Part shown: positions 25,000-39,539 of the stretch, one piece after another
How positions within the stretch are numbered: position 1 is the stretch's first letter
Layout of the letters: every line of letters begins with the position of its first letter
Source of the DNA: Ptychomitrium polyphyllum
Taxonomy: Eukaryota
Direction: 5' to 3'
DNA: 64,000 nucleotides
Assembly (NCBI GenBank): GCA_973851085.1
Contig: OZ316775.1
Location: 7,998,001-8,062,000, forward strand
Program-made: the position numbers and the translations under genes
The notes under the pieces: model-generated
The model's input: the letters and a program-made list of their open reading frames with translations, nothing else
Databases searched by the model: none
What the model was told of the DNA's origin: nothing

Positions 25000-27500
25000 C
25001 ATTTTCTTTTGGAATGCAAGATGAGAAGAGCTTGAAATTTGTCTTATCAATACTTATACATACTTTTATACATACTTTTAGAAAAGAGAAACCTGACAGC
25101 TTCTAAGTATCCTCATGTATTAAGTGAAACTTCAGGAGGAAATAATTTTGCTTGACTAACAGACGAAACATGAAGGCAATTTGTCTTCACATCACAAGTA
25201 AGCCTGCTTGTTGATTGGTACAATTAACCGCAATCTTGGTCACTCAATAGTCAATCTATAGCAATTTTCTAAATTGTTAACCTTTTATAATCTTAATGAG
25301 CTGATATATTCTGCTGAATTGCTAATGAAGCACCACCAAAAACAGGGATTAATTGACATTCTTTTTGGAATACAATAATACAATAATCTTAATCTTAATT
25401 GTAACTTAGACAATTTTAGTGTCATTTTAGTCAGGGAAGGAACGCCTTATGTTGCTGGTATTAAAAGGAACTGCCCAGAAGGGAGTGAAACAATTAGAGA
25501 ATTTGCAACAATCTGAGCTCTTGATAACTGCTTGTATTGCAAATCTCTAAGAACAGCCTGTATTGCAAATCTCTAAGAACAGGAACAGTGAGGACATTGT
25601 CATCTTGAGTTGTTCAATTATCTTCCAAAGACATAGTCAAGTGTTCTTCTTAATAAGTGTATGTGATCAGATTTGAATAAAGAAGGATTGGATGGCACCC
25701 TGCAACCAAAATCGAATTTTGATTGACCATAACTCTTCTGTCATATTGGCTTGCAAACCTTGCATCACGTGAGTCTTGTCCTAAAGGTGGTGGATCCCTA
25801 GGATCTCGTCTAAAGTTTTGATTAGGATTGAGAAGATGGAAACCTACATTAGTTTGAAGTGCCCGTGGTGGATGTTCATTTTGCCTATGATTGTTATAAT
25901 CATAGTAAAGATTTGGAGGCCTTAGGATGTTGTCAAAGGGAGGCTCTCTAGCGCCTCTATGATTGTCATAGGTTTGTTGGGCATAGTTGCCTTGAGGTGG
26001 TTGTATAGGCACTACTTTATCAAGTTTCCTACATACCTCAATTGAGTGGTTGCCTTTACATTTTCCACATACTACTTGGTTTTTTATCCAATATTGACCA
26101 AGTGCATGGCATTTGCTACAAAAGGCATGGACTTCAAAGTTCTGCCTATTTTTATTATTAGCCCCTTGGTTGGCCATCTAGAAGTTTGATTGCCTTTGGT
26201 TTGGTCTCTATTAGTTTTGGACTCCATGAAGGGGTTTGTACCTCTACTGGTCTAGCAATGACATAGCATTGCAAAATTGAGCAGTGTGCCCTACTTATCT
26301 ATAAGCAGTGCACCATAATCCAGAAGTATGCCGTCTAGATTCTATTAGAGGTGGCAGTGAATTGAAATTTTGGTTTCAAACTAATTCCACCATCTCATTG
26401 ATTAAGGCTTGCAATTGTTTCATGATATCATCTTTGTATCTTTGCTAACTAGCTTGCAATTCTGTTTGATGGATTTTAACTTTGTATCTTCTACAGGCAA
26501 AAATAAAGCATGGATTGAAAGAGGTGGTCTCATTGCCAAGGATATTGAATGAAATTCCTCTCTATCATCTATTGGAATGGCTTGAATAGGCAAAGGGGCT
26601 TGCACTGAGGGGCCATGTTTCTCATCCTTAGACCGAATAGTGATAAAAAAGAGATGGACTCATCCTCCTTCCTCCATAGTCTTTCATACTCTTTTTCTAT
26701 TCATTTTATGCCCCTAACAATCCATTTTGTTAAATTGGAGGGTGCTTGTCTAAAATATCTCTAATACTAGAGCTTTTGTAAAATCTTTGGATGAAGAATT
26801 GTCTCAATGTATTGTCATTGAGCATTCCCCTTATAAATCTAGTGTAGATTAATTCAAATCGTCAAATATAGGATGAAAATGTCTTCATCTCTTCTTTGCC
26901 TTACTACGGCTAATACTCTTACTGTAGCACTTTGTCCTACTTTGGAAAAAAATTGAGCTAAAAAGTTTCTTTAGAGTCTGTTTCAAGTGGTGAAGAGCTC
27001 TTTTGGCTGATTGCAATACCAATCAAATGCTTCATAACGCAATGTAGTAGGAAATCAGACCAAATAGTAGCCTTGGTCTATTACTAGACAACTAAACAAG
27101 GCTTTTATGTAATGCTCAACGTGTTGAGAAGGGTCCTCGGTCTTTGTTCCAAAATATTTTTTTGGAAAGTTGAGGGTCTTACTAGCCATTCTAACTCTGC
27201 GGGTACTACAATTGATAAATCCCTTGGTCTAAGCAAGGAATTTATTGGAGGGGGTACTATTGATATAGCCATACTACCAAGCCTTCTTGTACTATTTAAA
27301 AGATCTATTTGATTGCTAATACCTTCTTTTGGATGTTGTTTGTGGAGTATGTAATTTATTGATCTTGTCTAAAGAAAGCATTAGTTTTGGTCTACTCGGA
27401 TGCGTCCTAGATAACATTTAAGTCAAAGTAATATCAAAGTCTAAATAGCATTTAATAATTCAACCATTTAAATTATTGCCTTCTAATTGTCTTTACCTGT
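25000..27500 (-). mobile_element. Degenerate Gypsy gag/protease region
   Basis: Zn-knuckle-like CSKCHALGQY and CGKCKGNHSIEVC (25650-26177), plus retrotransposon-gag-like text with stops at about 26750-27150. Confidence 0.6.
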
Positions 27501-28652
27501 GTGGAGGACTTTTTAGGGAAGAAATGAAGTTCAACCTTGTTCCATACCTCATTACGTAAGCTACCTCTTTAGGCTAAGAGGCTGTGCTTTTGTGTGAAAA
27601 GACCAGAGCCTTTCATTACTTAGCTCCTAATTGACCTTAAAGCACTATAATAAACAAAGATCACCTTGAAGCTTTATGCTTATTGTCAAGATGTTGGATT
27701 TGATCCAATTCCATCCATCATTCTACCATGGCAATTTGAAGAAATATATTTGTAAATAGGTTATTTTAGCTATGGTATTTAATGATTCTAGGTGGTATCT
27801 AAATCTACTACTTTGGATCTAATAATTTTTCTAATAATAATTCATAAGCATTCATTAGATGTTAACATCATTAATGATTGTGTAAATTTTGGAATTAGTT
27901 TAATTAGATACCTATACACAATTAAATTTGCACACTCCCCTTCATGTGCAAGAAACAACAAAAAACACCAAATGGAGAAGTACTAGAGTGAGTATCACCT
28001 TGATCTCATTTGTACCCTATTTGATGTTATCATTACAACTTGAGGTGGGAATTATCATTTTTTGCTATCATAAAATGCAAATGGGACTTACTACTAAATT
28101 TAACAACAAAATCTTTACTTGACAAATTTTTTTGTTTTTTAAGAATTCCTCTTCACCGTGAAGAAAAACATACCTAGTTTTCATATCCAATCAACCTAGC
28201 ACGGTTAGTGAATTCCAGCCTTACGTCCTAATTGAGTCTAATTTAAAACATATCTAGCTATGATGTAGGCAATGCTAAGTTAAGCGTACAATATTCATCT
28301 ATGCAACATTCATTGATGGCTAAGTTAAATCATTCTTCATTATATATATAACATTCATTCATCCATATCAATCCATTCGTTTACTAATAAAGCAATCCTA
28401 ACATTTTAGAATGATGCATACTAGCATTTGATAGCAAGATATAGTTTATACGTCTAATAAAGCATTCAACATTATCCAATCATTCTAATAACGAGATTAT
28501 CTTTTATTAGTAAAAATGTTGCACCAAAGATGTTGGAATTTGTCTTACGCCGCGCATAAGTTCTTTACAAACACCATCTTCAACTTCTTTATTAAATTTT
28601 TATTGCATTCTAATACAATTTTAAAACCCAGGAAGAAGTTCTCGGCAGATGT

Positions 28653-30164
28653 TGTTGTCGTGAAAGTAGTAGCTATAGGAAACACAAGGTCTTTTTTAGC
28701 ATCTAATTGATCAAAGTCAAGATGCATGAACAATTTCTATTTCTAACAACCAATGAAGCAAATACCCTACTCTAAATTTTTCTTCTACGCTACCTTGAAA
28801 ATCCCAAATGCTAAATATGTCATAACCTTTAGCAAACTAATCCAAAGAATCTAAAAGTTTAGCAAAACCTTTTTGAAACATTCAAAATGTTATATATATA
28901 TATTTTGGTTGCTAAATCCTTAATACCCTCTAAAATCCATAACTTCAAAGTTTGCATTCTTCATTGCTACAGCTTTTTTATCCCTATTACTTTACCACTT
29001 CATAACTCTCTTATTGCAAATTCAAACTTCAAACTTTCTGCACATAATAAATATCTTATAATAAACACCTTGTAAAAAGATTAACCTTATAAATTCTTTC
29101 AATCATCTACAATGATTCAAATTGTGCAACTCCAAACTCTATTGTATACTACCTTCTAAGTTCTAGTTGCATTTTTCTTTGTATCTTTTGCTAAAAAAAT
29201 GCAATGCTCACCAAATTTTGATATTATCTTTTCAAAGTAGTTTAAACCTTTTTCTCAAAATTTCACTTACAAAGAATGTTTCTAAAAAAAGTTACAAACA
29301 TTCAAACTAGCCGCCCTTAGAAACTCAAGGCAACTAACTTAATTCTATTCAAACTAAAGCCACGACCACATACTAATTCCAAATGGAGCGCGTAATGGCT
29401 TTCTAGAAAGCTTACAAAGAAAAAAGAAAACCCAACAAAAATCAACTCAAATTAAGAAGCATATTATGAGATCTCTCCCAAAGCAGGGCTGCCTTCTTAT
29501 TCTAGTGAGAGAGGTTAAGAGAAAAGAAGAGGGTGGTGGTCAAACCGCCACATCCGCCCTTTATCTCTCCACATCAGCCCCTAATCTCTTGTATCAAATC
29601 CTTATCTAATCATATTTTTAAATAAAAAACAACCAAAATCCTTTTTTTTTGCTTTTCTTTCTTTTCTTTCTTTTGGTTGAAACTTCTAGGTTCTAACTAT
29701 AAAGAAGGTAAAATAAACCCTCATAAATCTAAAATAGAAACTAGAAAAACTAAAATAAATTTAAAAAAGTAGAAAAAAGATTGAAATACAACAAGAAACA
29801 AGTTAAGAATAAAACCATTGTCGAGGTAAGATCAGACACCAAGTCATGAACTTGGTTGATTATATAAGTTTCAGTTGTTGAACTGGTCCAAGTTTAATTT
29901 TTGTTGGATTTGTTGAGTAAAACGGCAGCACTTGACTTAATATTGCTAGCAAAAATGGCAGGCAAAAAAAAACTATAGTCAACCGGCTTAATTGCCTTGA
30001 GCAAAGATAAGATGCGGTTGCACCTCTAAGATAAATAAAAATTGTGGTTTCACCACGATCAGTTTTTAATTTTTTTTTTTTTCTTTCTTAATACTCTTTT
30101 CTAAATACACCAAATAAAAAATACTACTTAAGTTTTAAACTATATAGTAAAATTCATCACAACA
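28653..30164. mobile_element. Solo LTR (family C, about 1.5 kb) with 4-bp TSD ATGT/ACGT
   Basis: TGTTGT...ACAACA termini. Both ends match, in reverse complement, the ends of the insertion at 43442-43984. Internal part is similar to about 37560-37722. Confidence 0.7.
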
Positions 30165-31449
30165 ACGTATCAAAATGTGAGCCAAATAAAACCTTCAACT
30201 AATTGGAGAGATTTACAATTTATACAATGGTGTTGATAATTGACTAATAGATTGTTGCGTTGTTAATCATTTGACATATGCTAGTGAACAAACTAGATTT
30301 AATAGATTGTCACTACTATTTATTCATAAATCTAATGTTATTGTTGTGGAATTTTATGCATGTCCATTGACACAAGGTTTGACAAGGGATTGGAAGAGAA
30401 TTGGAAATTTTGTTGTAGACAAGGTCCAAGACGTACTCCCGTAGAACTTTTCTTGTTTTTTCCTCCGCAATTCCTTTATTGGCTGATTTGCGTGCCTCCA
30501 GTTCTTGTAGCTATACTTTTTTTGTCCTAAATGTGCAATTTGTTTAGCTCGTTGTTGTTACTTTCTTGTGCAACTTGCCACATATCCGCCGCTTGCCTTT
30601 AGTCTTTTGCAATTTGCCTATCTTGCTTATAGGCCCGCAATACTATAGCCGCTCTTTGGATCTTGCAGTCTGTCTTGCATGATGTCTACAACAAGGTTGA
30701 ATTAGCTTCTAAATTTAATCTTCTTTATAAATTAGCATACTCTTAGATTCAAACCTACTTTTGAATTCACTTATTACTTCTACTAATATTTGATTTTTTC
30801 CATCTTAGCCAAGCTGAATTTCTCCTTCTTTCTTTATAATTGAATTGGAGTTTGTTCAAAAATATAAACTAAGCCTTTCAGAGCCAATTAATGAAAATTC
30901 TCCCAAAATCCAATTAGTTATGGAATGCACCCAATTACTAGTATTTCAGAAATAATCCTTCACTATTACCACTAATAGTTGATTTTAAGTAGTAAATAAT
31001 CAAATGAACGGATTACTTGGTTCATATATGGCAACCGTCTGGAACAAATTAAAGAAGTAGAGAACCTAATTAAAGTGCTATGAGAAAAGTGGGAAGTTAA
31101 TGGCTACACAATCATAGATGTATTGAGTCCTCTAAAGAATGGAAATGTGAGATTGGACTATCATATGGGTGGATTGAAGAAAATGTTTATAAGAGAATCT
31201 AAGAATGTTGATTATAGAGATAAGAAGAAGATGCTAGGAGGAAAATAAAAGTTATATTTTTACTTCTAAATTTAATGTCAATAGCTGTTTGACACTCATG
31301 GATCCATTCAAACTTGACGATTTTCTAGTGAGATTAGTAAGAGGATGGAGGTGGAAGCATAATCTACAATAATGTCTATATACCACCCCATGTGACCCAA
31401 AGCTCTCTCCATGCCTTTGGCGTTTATAGGCGGGCCAATTTAGCAACTA

Positions 31450-33430
31450 CTTCCACCTTCTTTGGATTGAGCACCTTGCCCTTTGCTAACACTACATAGT
31501 CCTATAGGACACCTTGGATCACTGCTAGATATAGGTTTTTGGGATTGAAAATAATTCTTTTCTGCCTACAACGTTTGAAACTTTTCCTGACCGCATTCAA
31601 ATGTTCAATTACAGACGTCTAGGTGCTAAAGTCATCTATAAATACTGCAATGGTTTTAAGTAGTAAGTGTGAAAAAGCGTGGATCATGGCTCTCTAAAAA
31701 TCCACTTGAGCATTACAAAGTCCAAAGGGCATTACCATATAAATGAAAGTTCTCCAAGGTGTTGTAAATGCAATCTTGTGGTAATCTTCAGGTGCTATGG
31801 ATATTTGGTTGTAATTAGAATATCCATCTATAAAAATATACACCTTTTGTCTACCACCTCACCTAGAATAATGTTAATGATAAGGAAAAAGTGGACTTTT
31901 TGTGTGCACATGTTTAGTGTCCTATAATCTAGACATACCCTCAATTTATTGTTTTTTTTCTTTACTAATAACATTGGAGATATTTGATATGAGATTTCTA
32001 TTGGTTTGATGAAGCTAACTTTTAGAAGTTTTTCCAACACTGCCTTCACTATTAATTGTAAATTGGAATTAATTCTCTTTTCTCTTTTCCAAATGGGCTT
32101 AGGCCTTGGAATAAGAGGGATAGTATATTAGACCACCTCAGGGAAATTCCTCACAAGTCTTTATACAACCAGGCAAAGATGTCATGGAATTCCGTCACTA
32201 AGGTTCTATAATCTTTTGTTTCTTTGGCTATTATTTATATCCCTATCTTGATGGTTTTGCGGTAGTTCACCTTCAATTGCTACATTTATCAATTTTTAGT
32301 CTTGTGACTTAAGATGGCTAGGTTGTATTGGCCCAAAATACTAATCCGTTGGTATTAGAGGATAAGTAACTATATCAGAGCCTATTTGAAGGCCTATTGA
32401 TGTCTTCTAGACCTTATAAAATGGACAAAGAATTTCTTCTTCTACTAGCACCTCAAGCTCATTAATTTGCAAGCCATCCATATGGATATGGCACACATCT
32501 TCTATGGTAATGTCATCTACTGAGGTGGCAAGGTCAGAATATTCAAAATCCTCTTCAATCAGCCATTCTGCCTCTATGAAGTCGGATGACCATTCTATAT
32601 CAGAAGTATGATGTTTAACTAACCATATGACAAATTGGCCATTATCTTACCAATCATACAAGCCAAAGCCTAGGCATTTCAGAGGAAGGTCCTTGGTCAT
32701 TATTGAAAAAATGCAACAATGCTAGTACAACAAGCAAGAAGAGAGAGCAAAGTTGCAACAAGAGAAGTGTGGAGCAAGATGACTCCCACTTCTAAAATTC
32801 CTTTTCTTAAACTTTGGATTCATCTACCAAAGTGTGCCATTTGGCGACCATGCATTTGCTTCTACTAATGAGTGACATGTGGCGGCCAATCCTAGCTGCC
32901 ATAGCTACTATAGCCGTTGTCCTAACTCCAACGGCCGCCCTAACCCTAGCCGCCATACAAAATACTTGTTGCTTTTTCTTAATTTTAGCCTCCATATCTT
33001 CTATGGCCTTTTCCTTGACACCCCTTTGACCATTAACAACCTATCAAGCTCTAGTCCTACACAAGGAAACTTCAACTAGGATCACTTTATATGTTCCACT
33101 CTTTTCAACAGTTACAACTACAGGTGCTAAAGCATGCAAGTCATCCACGTCAAAGCACACCTTCTTTTGTACTTTCTTCATAATTATAGTAGTGGGCATC
33201 CCATTATCAAATGAATAAACCTTGTCTTGGCCTTAATTGGATATACTACGCTAGATACATATTTTGGTGAGATTATTAGGAAGTCCATATACAATGTGGG
33301 GCCTATCACCTTCCTAATCCACTTTAGTATTGCCATTTTTAACCAAGGCTTGCCTAGCAAGACAGGAAAGGATCTTTTGTTGGAATACATTCAAATGATA
33401 TGGAAAGTGAAGAGATAATCTTTCCCCTTT
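31450..33430 (-). mobile_element. Degenerate Gypsy protease-RT region
   Basis: KLLKVSFIKPI...SPMLLVKKKNNKLRVCLDYRTLN (31828-32049) and FPVLLGKPWLK (33184-33390). Confidence 0.8.
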
Positions 33431-33432
33431 TT

Positions 33433-33690
33433 TGTTACAGACACAAGAACTATAAGACAAGGTTTCAGGATTATCAAGATAATGAACAAGATATGTTCAA
33501 GGTATATTAGAAGTAAAGAGCTCTAATAGAATACAAAGACAAAGCGAGAAAGTTTGAACTAAACCACAAGAGATGCATTGTCAATAGTGCAAATTCCTTC
33601 AACCTAGACTATCAAGGACATACATATTGCAAGCATCTAGAAAGGTTCTTCAAAGGTTTAAAAAGCTTCTAAGAAAGTTACCTTTGGTTT
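33433..33690. mobile_element. Partial LTR family B, inverted relative to the adjacent LTR at 33690-33969
   Basis: TGTTACAGACACAAG... aligns with 6490 onward and 55569 onward. The adjacent segment is its diverged reverse complement. Confidence 0.65.
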
Positions 33691-36360
33691 AGAAAACTTC
33701 CAAGGAAGAAAGTTTACATTGCTTAACTACAAAACAATATAAGATAAGCTTTCCAAGAAGCTTCCAAAGCTTGAAGTTCAAGTAAATGTAGGAATTAAGT
33801 CTAAAAGGCTCTTCAATCTTGACAATGCATTTCTTCAGGTCTAATTCAAATCTTCTGGCTTTGTCTTTTGTACCGTAATGTTGCTTTTTATCTCTAGTAT
33901 ATGTTGGACATATTTTGTCCACATCTTGGAATCCTAAAACCTTTTCTTGTAATTACTCTATTTGTAACAATTTGTTCAAATTCTCACACAACAATATCAG
34001 AGCTTGGTCTTTTTTAAAAGAGATCAGATCACTTCTCTTTGTCAAAAGCACTATAGCATTCTAAAGGTTGCGGATAACCCTCTTCTTTACTAATATTTCT
34101 TCTTGAATTTTCTTGAATTTCTTGCGTATTTAGCAACTTTTAGTTATTCCCATTTCATTTCTATGCAAAAAGTTAAAGAAGTTAATATGATTGATTCAAA
34201 AGAAACAAAATTAGATTCATTATCAATGCCTTTGAAGAATGAAGATCAAGAGCAAGATTTTATCCAAGCAAAACAAAGAACTGTACTTGACCATATATAA
34301 TGGTCAAAGAATAGAAACACCATAATTGCTATTCCAAGTCAATATAGGTGTTTCATTTTCTAGACTTGATTTAGTAGAAGACAAACAAATTCAATATGGG
34401 AATTCAATGTCAACAACCAAAGAATCAAGAATCAGCCTTGCGGAGTATTTTGATGGTACACATTCAAAATTTCAAGGCTTTATAAACCAAATTCAATTTA
34501 TTACCTTGCTTCAACCTTTACGGTATCCTACAAACGCTTTGTGCATTGGTTTAATAGGAACATTGCTCTCAAGTTAAAAATTGTCTTAGTTTGCATTAAT
34601 TTTTGAGACAAATTCCCCCATACTTAGCAACGTTGATGTATTCCTAGCCGCGTTTGTAGAAGTATTTAGTGACCATGACAAGCTCTTTTTTACAACTATT
34701 AAGATTTGTGCCTTACGCCAAGGGCCACGTTTATATCAACTCATGCATTAGAATTTTGAGAATTTGGATGCGATATCAATTGGAGAGAAGAAGTGTTGAT
34801 GAGTCAATTTAATTAGGGCATGCGTAACAAGGTTAAAGATTTATTGCTATCCATGTCAAACCCTTAGATATTTGATGAGGCCATCAGCCAAGCTTTGAAG
34901 TGCAATAATCGTCTATTTCAACATTAACAAGATAAACAAACTTTGATTATGCTTTGGCCATATACCAACTTTTTAGTATCTTTGGCCCTCTCTACCTCTA
35001 ATAAGTATTTGGGAGCGGAAGCTATGCAGATTGATGCGGTTCGCTTTAAGTCGCTTATTGAACATGAGAAGAAACAACAAAGGAAACAAGGGTTGTATTT
35101 GTACCATAAAAAACCTTGCCACAAAGTCGATAACTGCCCAAAGAAACCTCTACGTACTTATCAAATGAGAAATACAACCACAACGCCAAATATTTTGCAA
35201 AAAAATGAAGACGTCTAGCCACAGTAGGAACCGTGTGGCTGGATCTGCTTCCTTTGCAAGAAAAAAATGGTCCTATTCTATTAGCTCATCTTTTCTTTTG
35301 TTTTACTATACCTATTTGTTTAGGTGTTTAGAAGCTCAAAAGCCTTGCTCTAATAGATTCAAGAGCCTTTGCTTTCTTTATTGACAAAAAATTTATAAAA
35401 ATCCATAAGTTTCTTTTTATTAGAAAATCCAAACCTATCTTTGTGAAGGTCATAGATGGTCAACCGTTATCTTCCAAGATGTTATTCATGAGACCAATCC
35501 ATTAAAAATATCATTGGACAATCGTAGTAGCCAAGTGATATTTAATGTCATTAGATCTCCATCAGATTCCATCATTTTATAGTTTTTTTAGCTCAAAAAG
35601 CACAACCTGCAGATGGATTTGGCATCCTGCAAAATAAAATTATTATCATTAAAACTTGTAACTCCTAAGTTTTTGGAGGAAGCTGAAGCATTTTATAGAT
35701 TTAAAACCATAAAGCTTCTTTTTATTGGAACTAGAGTATTTATAAGAGTAGCAAAGACTGGTGCTTCTTTTGCTGTGAATGCAATTCCAACATTCAAAGT
35801 TGTAACTTCATCTTCAATCGTTCCAAGAAAATATAAAGAGTTCAGCAATGTATTTGAAAAGAAAAATGCATACACTGTACCAAAACATTGTTCCTACAAT
35901 TATGCCATAGACCTCCAAGATGGTGCCTAGCTACCATTTGGACTTATTTATAATTTATCCCAAAACGAGTTTTCATCATTAAGGAAGTATATTGATGAAA
36001 ACTTAGCCAAGAACTTCATTTGACATTTAAAGTCTCATGCTCGTGCTTTGATACTTTTTGTAAAGAAAAAAGATGGATCTTTACAAAAGTGTGTCAATTA
36101 TTGCGGCTTCAACAAAATGACGGTGAAGAACTGATATCCATTGCCACTAATATTTGAACTTCTTCATCAACTTCGTCAAGCAAAGATCTATACTAAAATA
36201 GACGTGTTACAATTTGGTGCGTAATACTACAATTTGGTGCAAATCAAAGAAGGAGACTAATGGAAGACGGCTTTTCATATAAGGTATGGACATTTTTATT
36301 ACCATGTCATGCTTTTTGGACTTATCAACACACTTGCCATTTTTTAGCACTTGATGATTG
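33690..36360 (+). mobile_element. Truncated Ty3/Gypsy element: partial LTR B (to 33969), leader, gag, protease, RT N-half
   Basis: PBS-like ATATCAGAGC near 33994. EYFDGTHSKFQGFINQI (gag), EAMQIDAVRFK, KYKEFSNVFEKK...[26 protein letters not shown]. Confidence 0.85.
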
Positions 36361-36369
36361 ATTTATCCA

Positions 36370-36900
36370 TCTTTGAGTGATCTCCGTAGGTGGAAAAAAT
36401 GGCGTTTGTTGGGTGGAAATGTTAGTAGTTTTGTTTTGGGCAAACTTAGCTAATGCCACATAAGAAGTCCAATCATTTTGTTATTAGTTGATGGTATATC
36501 TCAAATATTGTTCCATGATTTAGTTGATTTATTTTGTTTGGCCATCGGTCTAAAGATGGAAGGCAAAAGAAAGTTTTATGTCTACCTTTAGGACTTCAAA
36601 GAGCAACTTCCAAAATTTTGATACAAATTGTGGTCCACAATCCAATATAATATTGTCAGATAATCCATGATAACGGCAAACATTATCCATTAAAGGTGTG
36701 GCAATCTCTTTATCTGTAATTGTCTTTTTGCATGGTACATTTGCCATCTTAATTAATCGATCTACCACAATAAAGATGGTATTAAAAAAATTTGACGGTG
36801 GAAGATCTGTAATGAAATCCATTGAAACAGATCATCACAATTGCCTTGGAATAAGCAATGATTGGAGAAGTCCATATGGGCAATCTTGTGGTAAGAGTGG
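36370..36900 (-). mobile_element. Gypsy integrase fragment
   Basis: MDFITDLPPSNFFNTIFIVVDRLIKMA...HGLSDNIILDCGPQFVSKFW (36550-36822). Confidence 0.85.
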
Positions 36901-37724
36901 TTTCTATACAAAACGTTGGATAATTTTGCATTTAGTCAATTAAGTATAAGTTTTTTTTTAATAATACAAATTACAACTTCTGAGAACTTATTAGCTATTT
37001 TTTCATCTTTGATTTTTTACTTCCTAAATCTTCTTTTCTCCCCATCTTAAAAATAACCCAAGTCTTTAACAATAATTATTCTTTTTCTTTCTTTTAAATC
37101 TGAATTACATATTTTCCTATATCTTCTAGCTAAAAGGTCCTATGCTCCTAAGATTTTAATAATATAAGTATAGAATTCTAAAATTGCAACTCTCACAATT
37201 TCTTATTTATAGTCCAAGTGGTTCTTAAGAATCATGTCTTTAAAATATTTTCACTCTTTCTGCCATAGCTTCTGGACCTCTCCATTACTTCATAGTTCTA
37301 TAATTTTTTTTTACAATAAATTTAGACTATAAACTGTATTGACATACTATCTATCTTACAATAAACATTTAATCAAAATTTCAACCTTAAAGCCCTCCAA
37401 TCATTTCCAATGGCTCAAAACATGTAGCTTTGAACTCTATTATATATGCTTTCAAATCCTGGTTGTATAATTCCTTATGATTCCTATTGTAAGAATCTAA
37501 TACTCTTGAAATTTTCTACACCATCATTTTTAAGTAGTTATAATGTTCTTCTACAAATTTCATAATAAAAAACCAATTCTACAAAACGTTATAAGCATTC
37601 AAAATATTTGCTTTCAAAAATTCAAGGCAACTGACTAATCTTTATTAAAATTAGTGCCAACCATATATTAATTCTAAATGAAGCCTTTGATGGCTTTCTA
37701 AAAAGCTCACAAGAAAAAAGAAAT

Positions 37725-38741
37725 TGATTAGTAGCGAATGCTTAGGTGCAAACTTCCATTCATGTCCAAGGCCTCAGTTGGTATTACTTCCATTTCACAC
37801 AGCCTAACCGCATTTAATGGTATCTCTTCACCACCACTCATGATTCCCATGTGATTCTAAGATCACCTTGGGCCACCATAGTGCCGGCGTAAAGACACTA
37901 CTCCAACTTAATGATAACAAGCGTACCTTTTTAGATTTCACTAATTCCTTTTATGAAACCAGTCATCCACCGGCTTACAATGGTGTAGGAGTCTCTGTGG
38001 TGAAGCCCCAATATTAGCTCCATCCACCAGGGTTCATCCTTGATTCCTACCGAGACATTATAAAAATGGAAAGGAGGACCAGCCCTCCCCTATAGTACTC
38101 TATGTGGAATTCAGCAAGCCCCCTGGCCTTCTATAGCTAGCTAAATCCCAACACACTCAAAACTTTGGAAGACCACCCGATCTTCCTTGGGACTTAACCG
38201 CTGGAAGCTTCCGGAACTTCCTACGGACTTTTAAAAAGCCATATCTTCTACGTTTGGTTCCCAAATCTATCAAGCAACCACTTTATTGTCATCCACTCTT
38301 AGCGTAGATGCCGATAGACTCCTCAAATGTCTAATATAACTTAGTATTTTGGGAGATATGCCTCTCCTAAGGTTTGGAATTCTTAGGAAGTCCCTCCTTG
38401 CATTGTTCTAGTCCAGCACAGTTATAGTCAAGGGCTACCATAGTTTAGAACAGCCTTTGGAAGCCTCAACTTTGGAGTACCATATCTTTTAGCTCCCTTA
38501 TCCAATTTGAGCAATCTTTTGCATTCTAGAATTAGTTTGTAATGAGGACTCCAATGCTCATAGTTTCTTCCTTGTGGCCCTTAGTCTACATGAGCAAGGA
38601 TGTTTTTCTCCCTTAAGATCCTTTCCACGCTAGGCCCACTTAGATCACCTCATTATTAGTGCCACAAGTCTCGGACGTCGCTTTGAAGTCCCCCTTGTGC
38701 CTTTAGTGTTGCGGGCACTCCTCAAAAAGAAGAGCGCGACA
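37725..38741 (-). mobile_element. LTR family D (probable 3' LTR of the chromovirus, truncated at its left end)
   Basis: Colinear with 40596-41741 and 54466-55281. Ends GCGCGACA at 38741. Confidence 0.85.
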
Positions 38742-39539
38742 TCCACCACTACTTAAATGGAGTCAATGCCTTCATCAACTGTATTTGTAGTGTAGACTCC
38801 AAATCAAAGTTTGCCATCTTCTAGTGGTGCAGCATTTTGTTTTCTCTAAGGTGCGATCCCTACGATGCATTCATAAATCTTTGGCAAAGTCTTAAAGGTG
38901 TCGTTTAGGAGGTGGTCTGTTTAGGCATCCTAGACAAAATTCTTGGGGTCCTAAACTACTCTAGACCTACCTACTTTGAGACCCTTTTAGGATAGACTCC
39001 CCAGTTAGGCTACACTTCCCTAACTCTACCTTTTTAATTAGGGTGGACTTCAATGCTCCACCAAGTTCTCTTAGTTGCAAACTCAAGGTGGCTTTTATTC
39101 CAAGACTCAATCGCACGGGGATATTGTGAAGTTCCGTCCAATTCTGATTCCACTATTTTTTTAAGACATGAATTTATGACTCCCATGTTTTAACTTTTGT
39201 TAGTTTATAGGAGTGGCGCTTTTATGAGCACGCACCATTACCTTGTTTCCACCCAAACAAGCCCAAGACTAAGAGGTTTCATGGTTTTAATCATTCTTCC
39301 TCCAAGCCTTAGTCCCTATTACTTGGCCTTCCCAACTTGGTTTTACATGTCTATTCTCTCTCTTCTATCAACTTAGCACAAACACAAGATTGGGACATCA
39401 TCTTATATTCTTATCTTAGCATACACAAAAGTTGAACTTTATTGCCATAAGTCAAAGAACCAATATATGATGTGAAGAAATTACTACCATAAGCCTCTCT
39501 CCCCCACTAAAAGAGATTGATGTCTTCATCAATGCCGAC

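Noticed and set aside
25533..25582. 24-bp direct tandem duplication
   Set aside because: Ordinary slippage within a dead retroelement.
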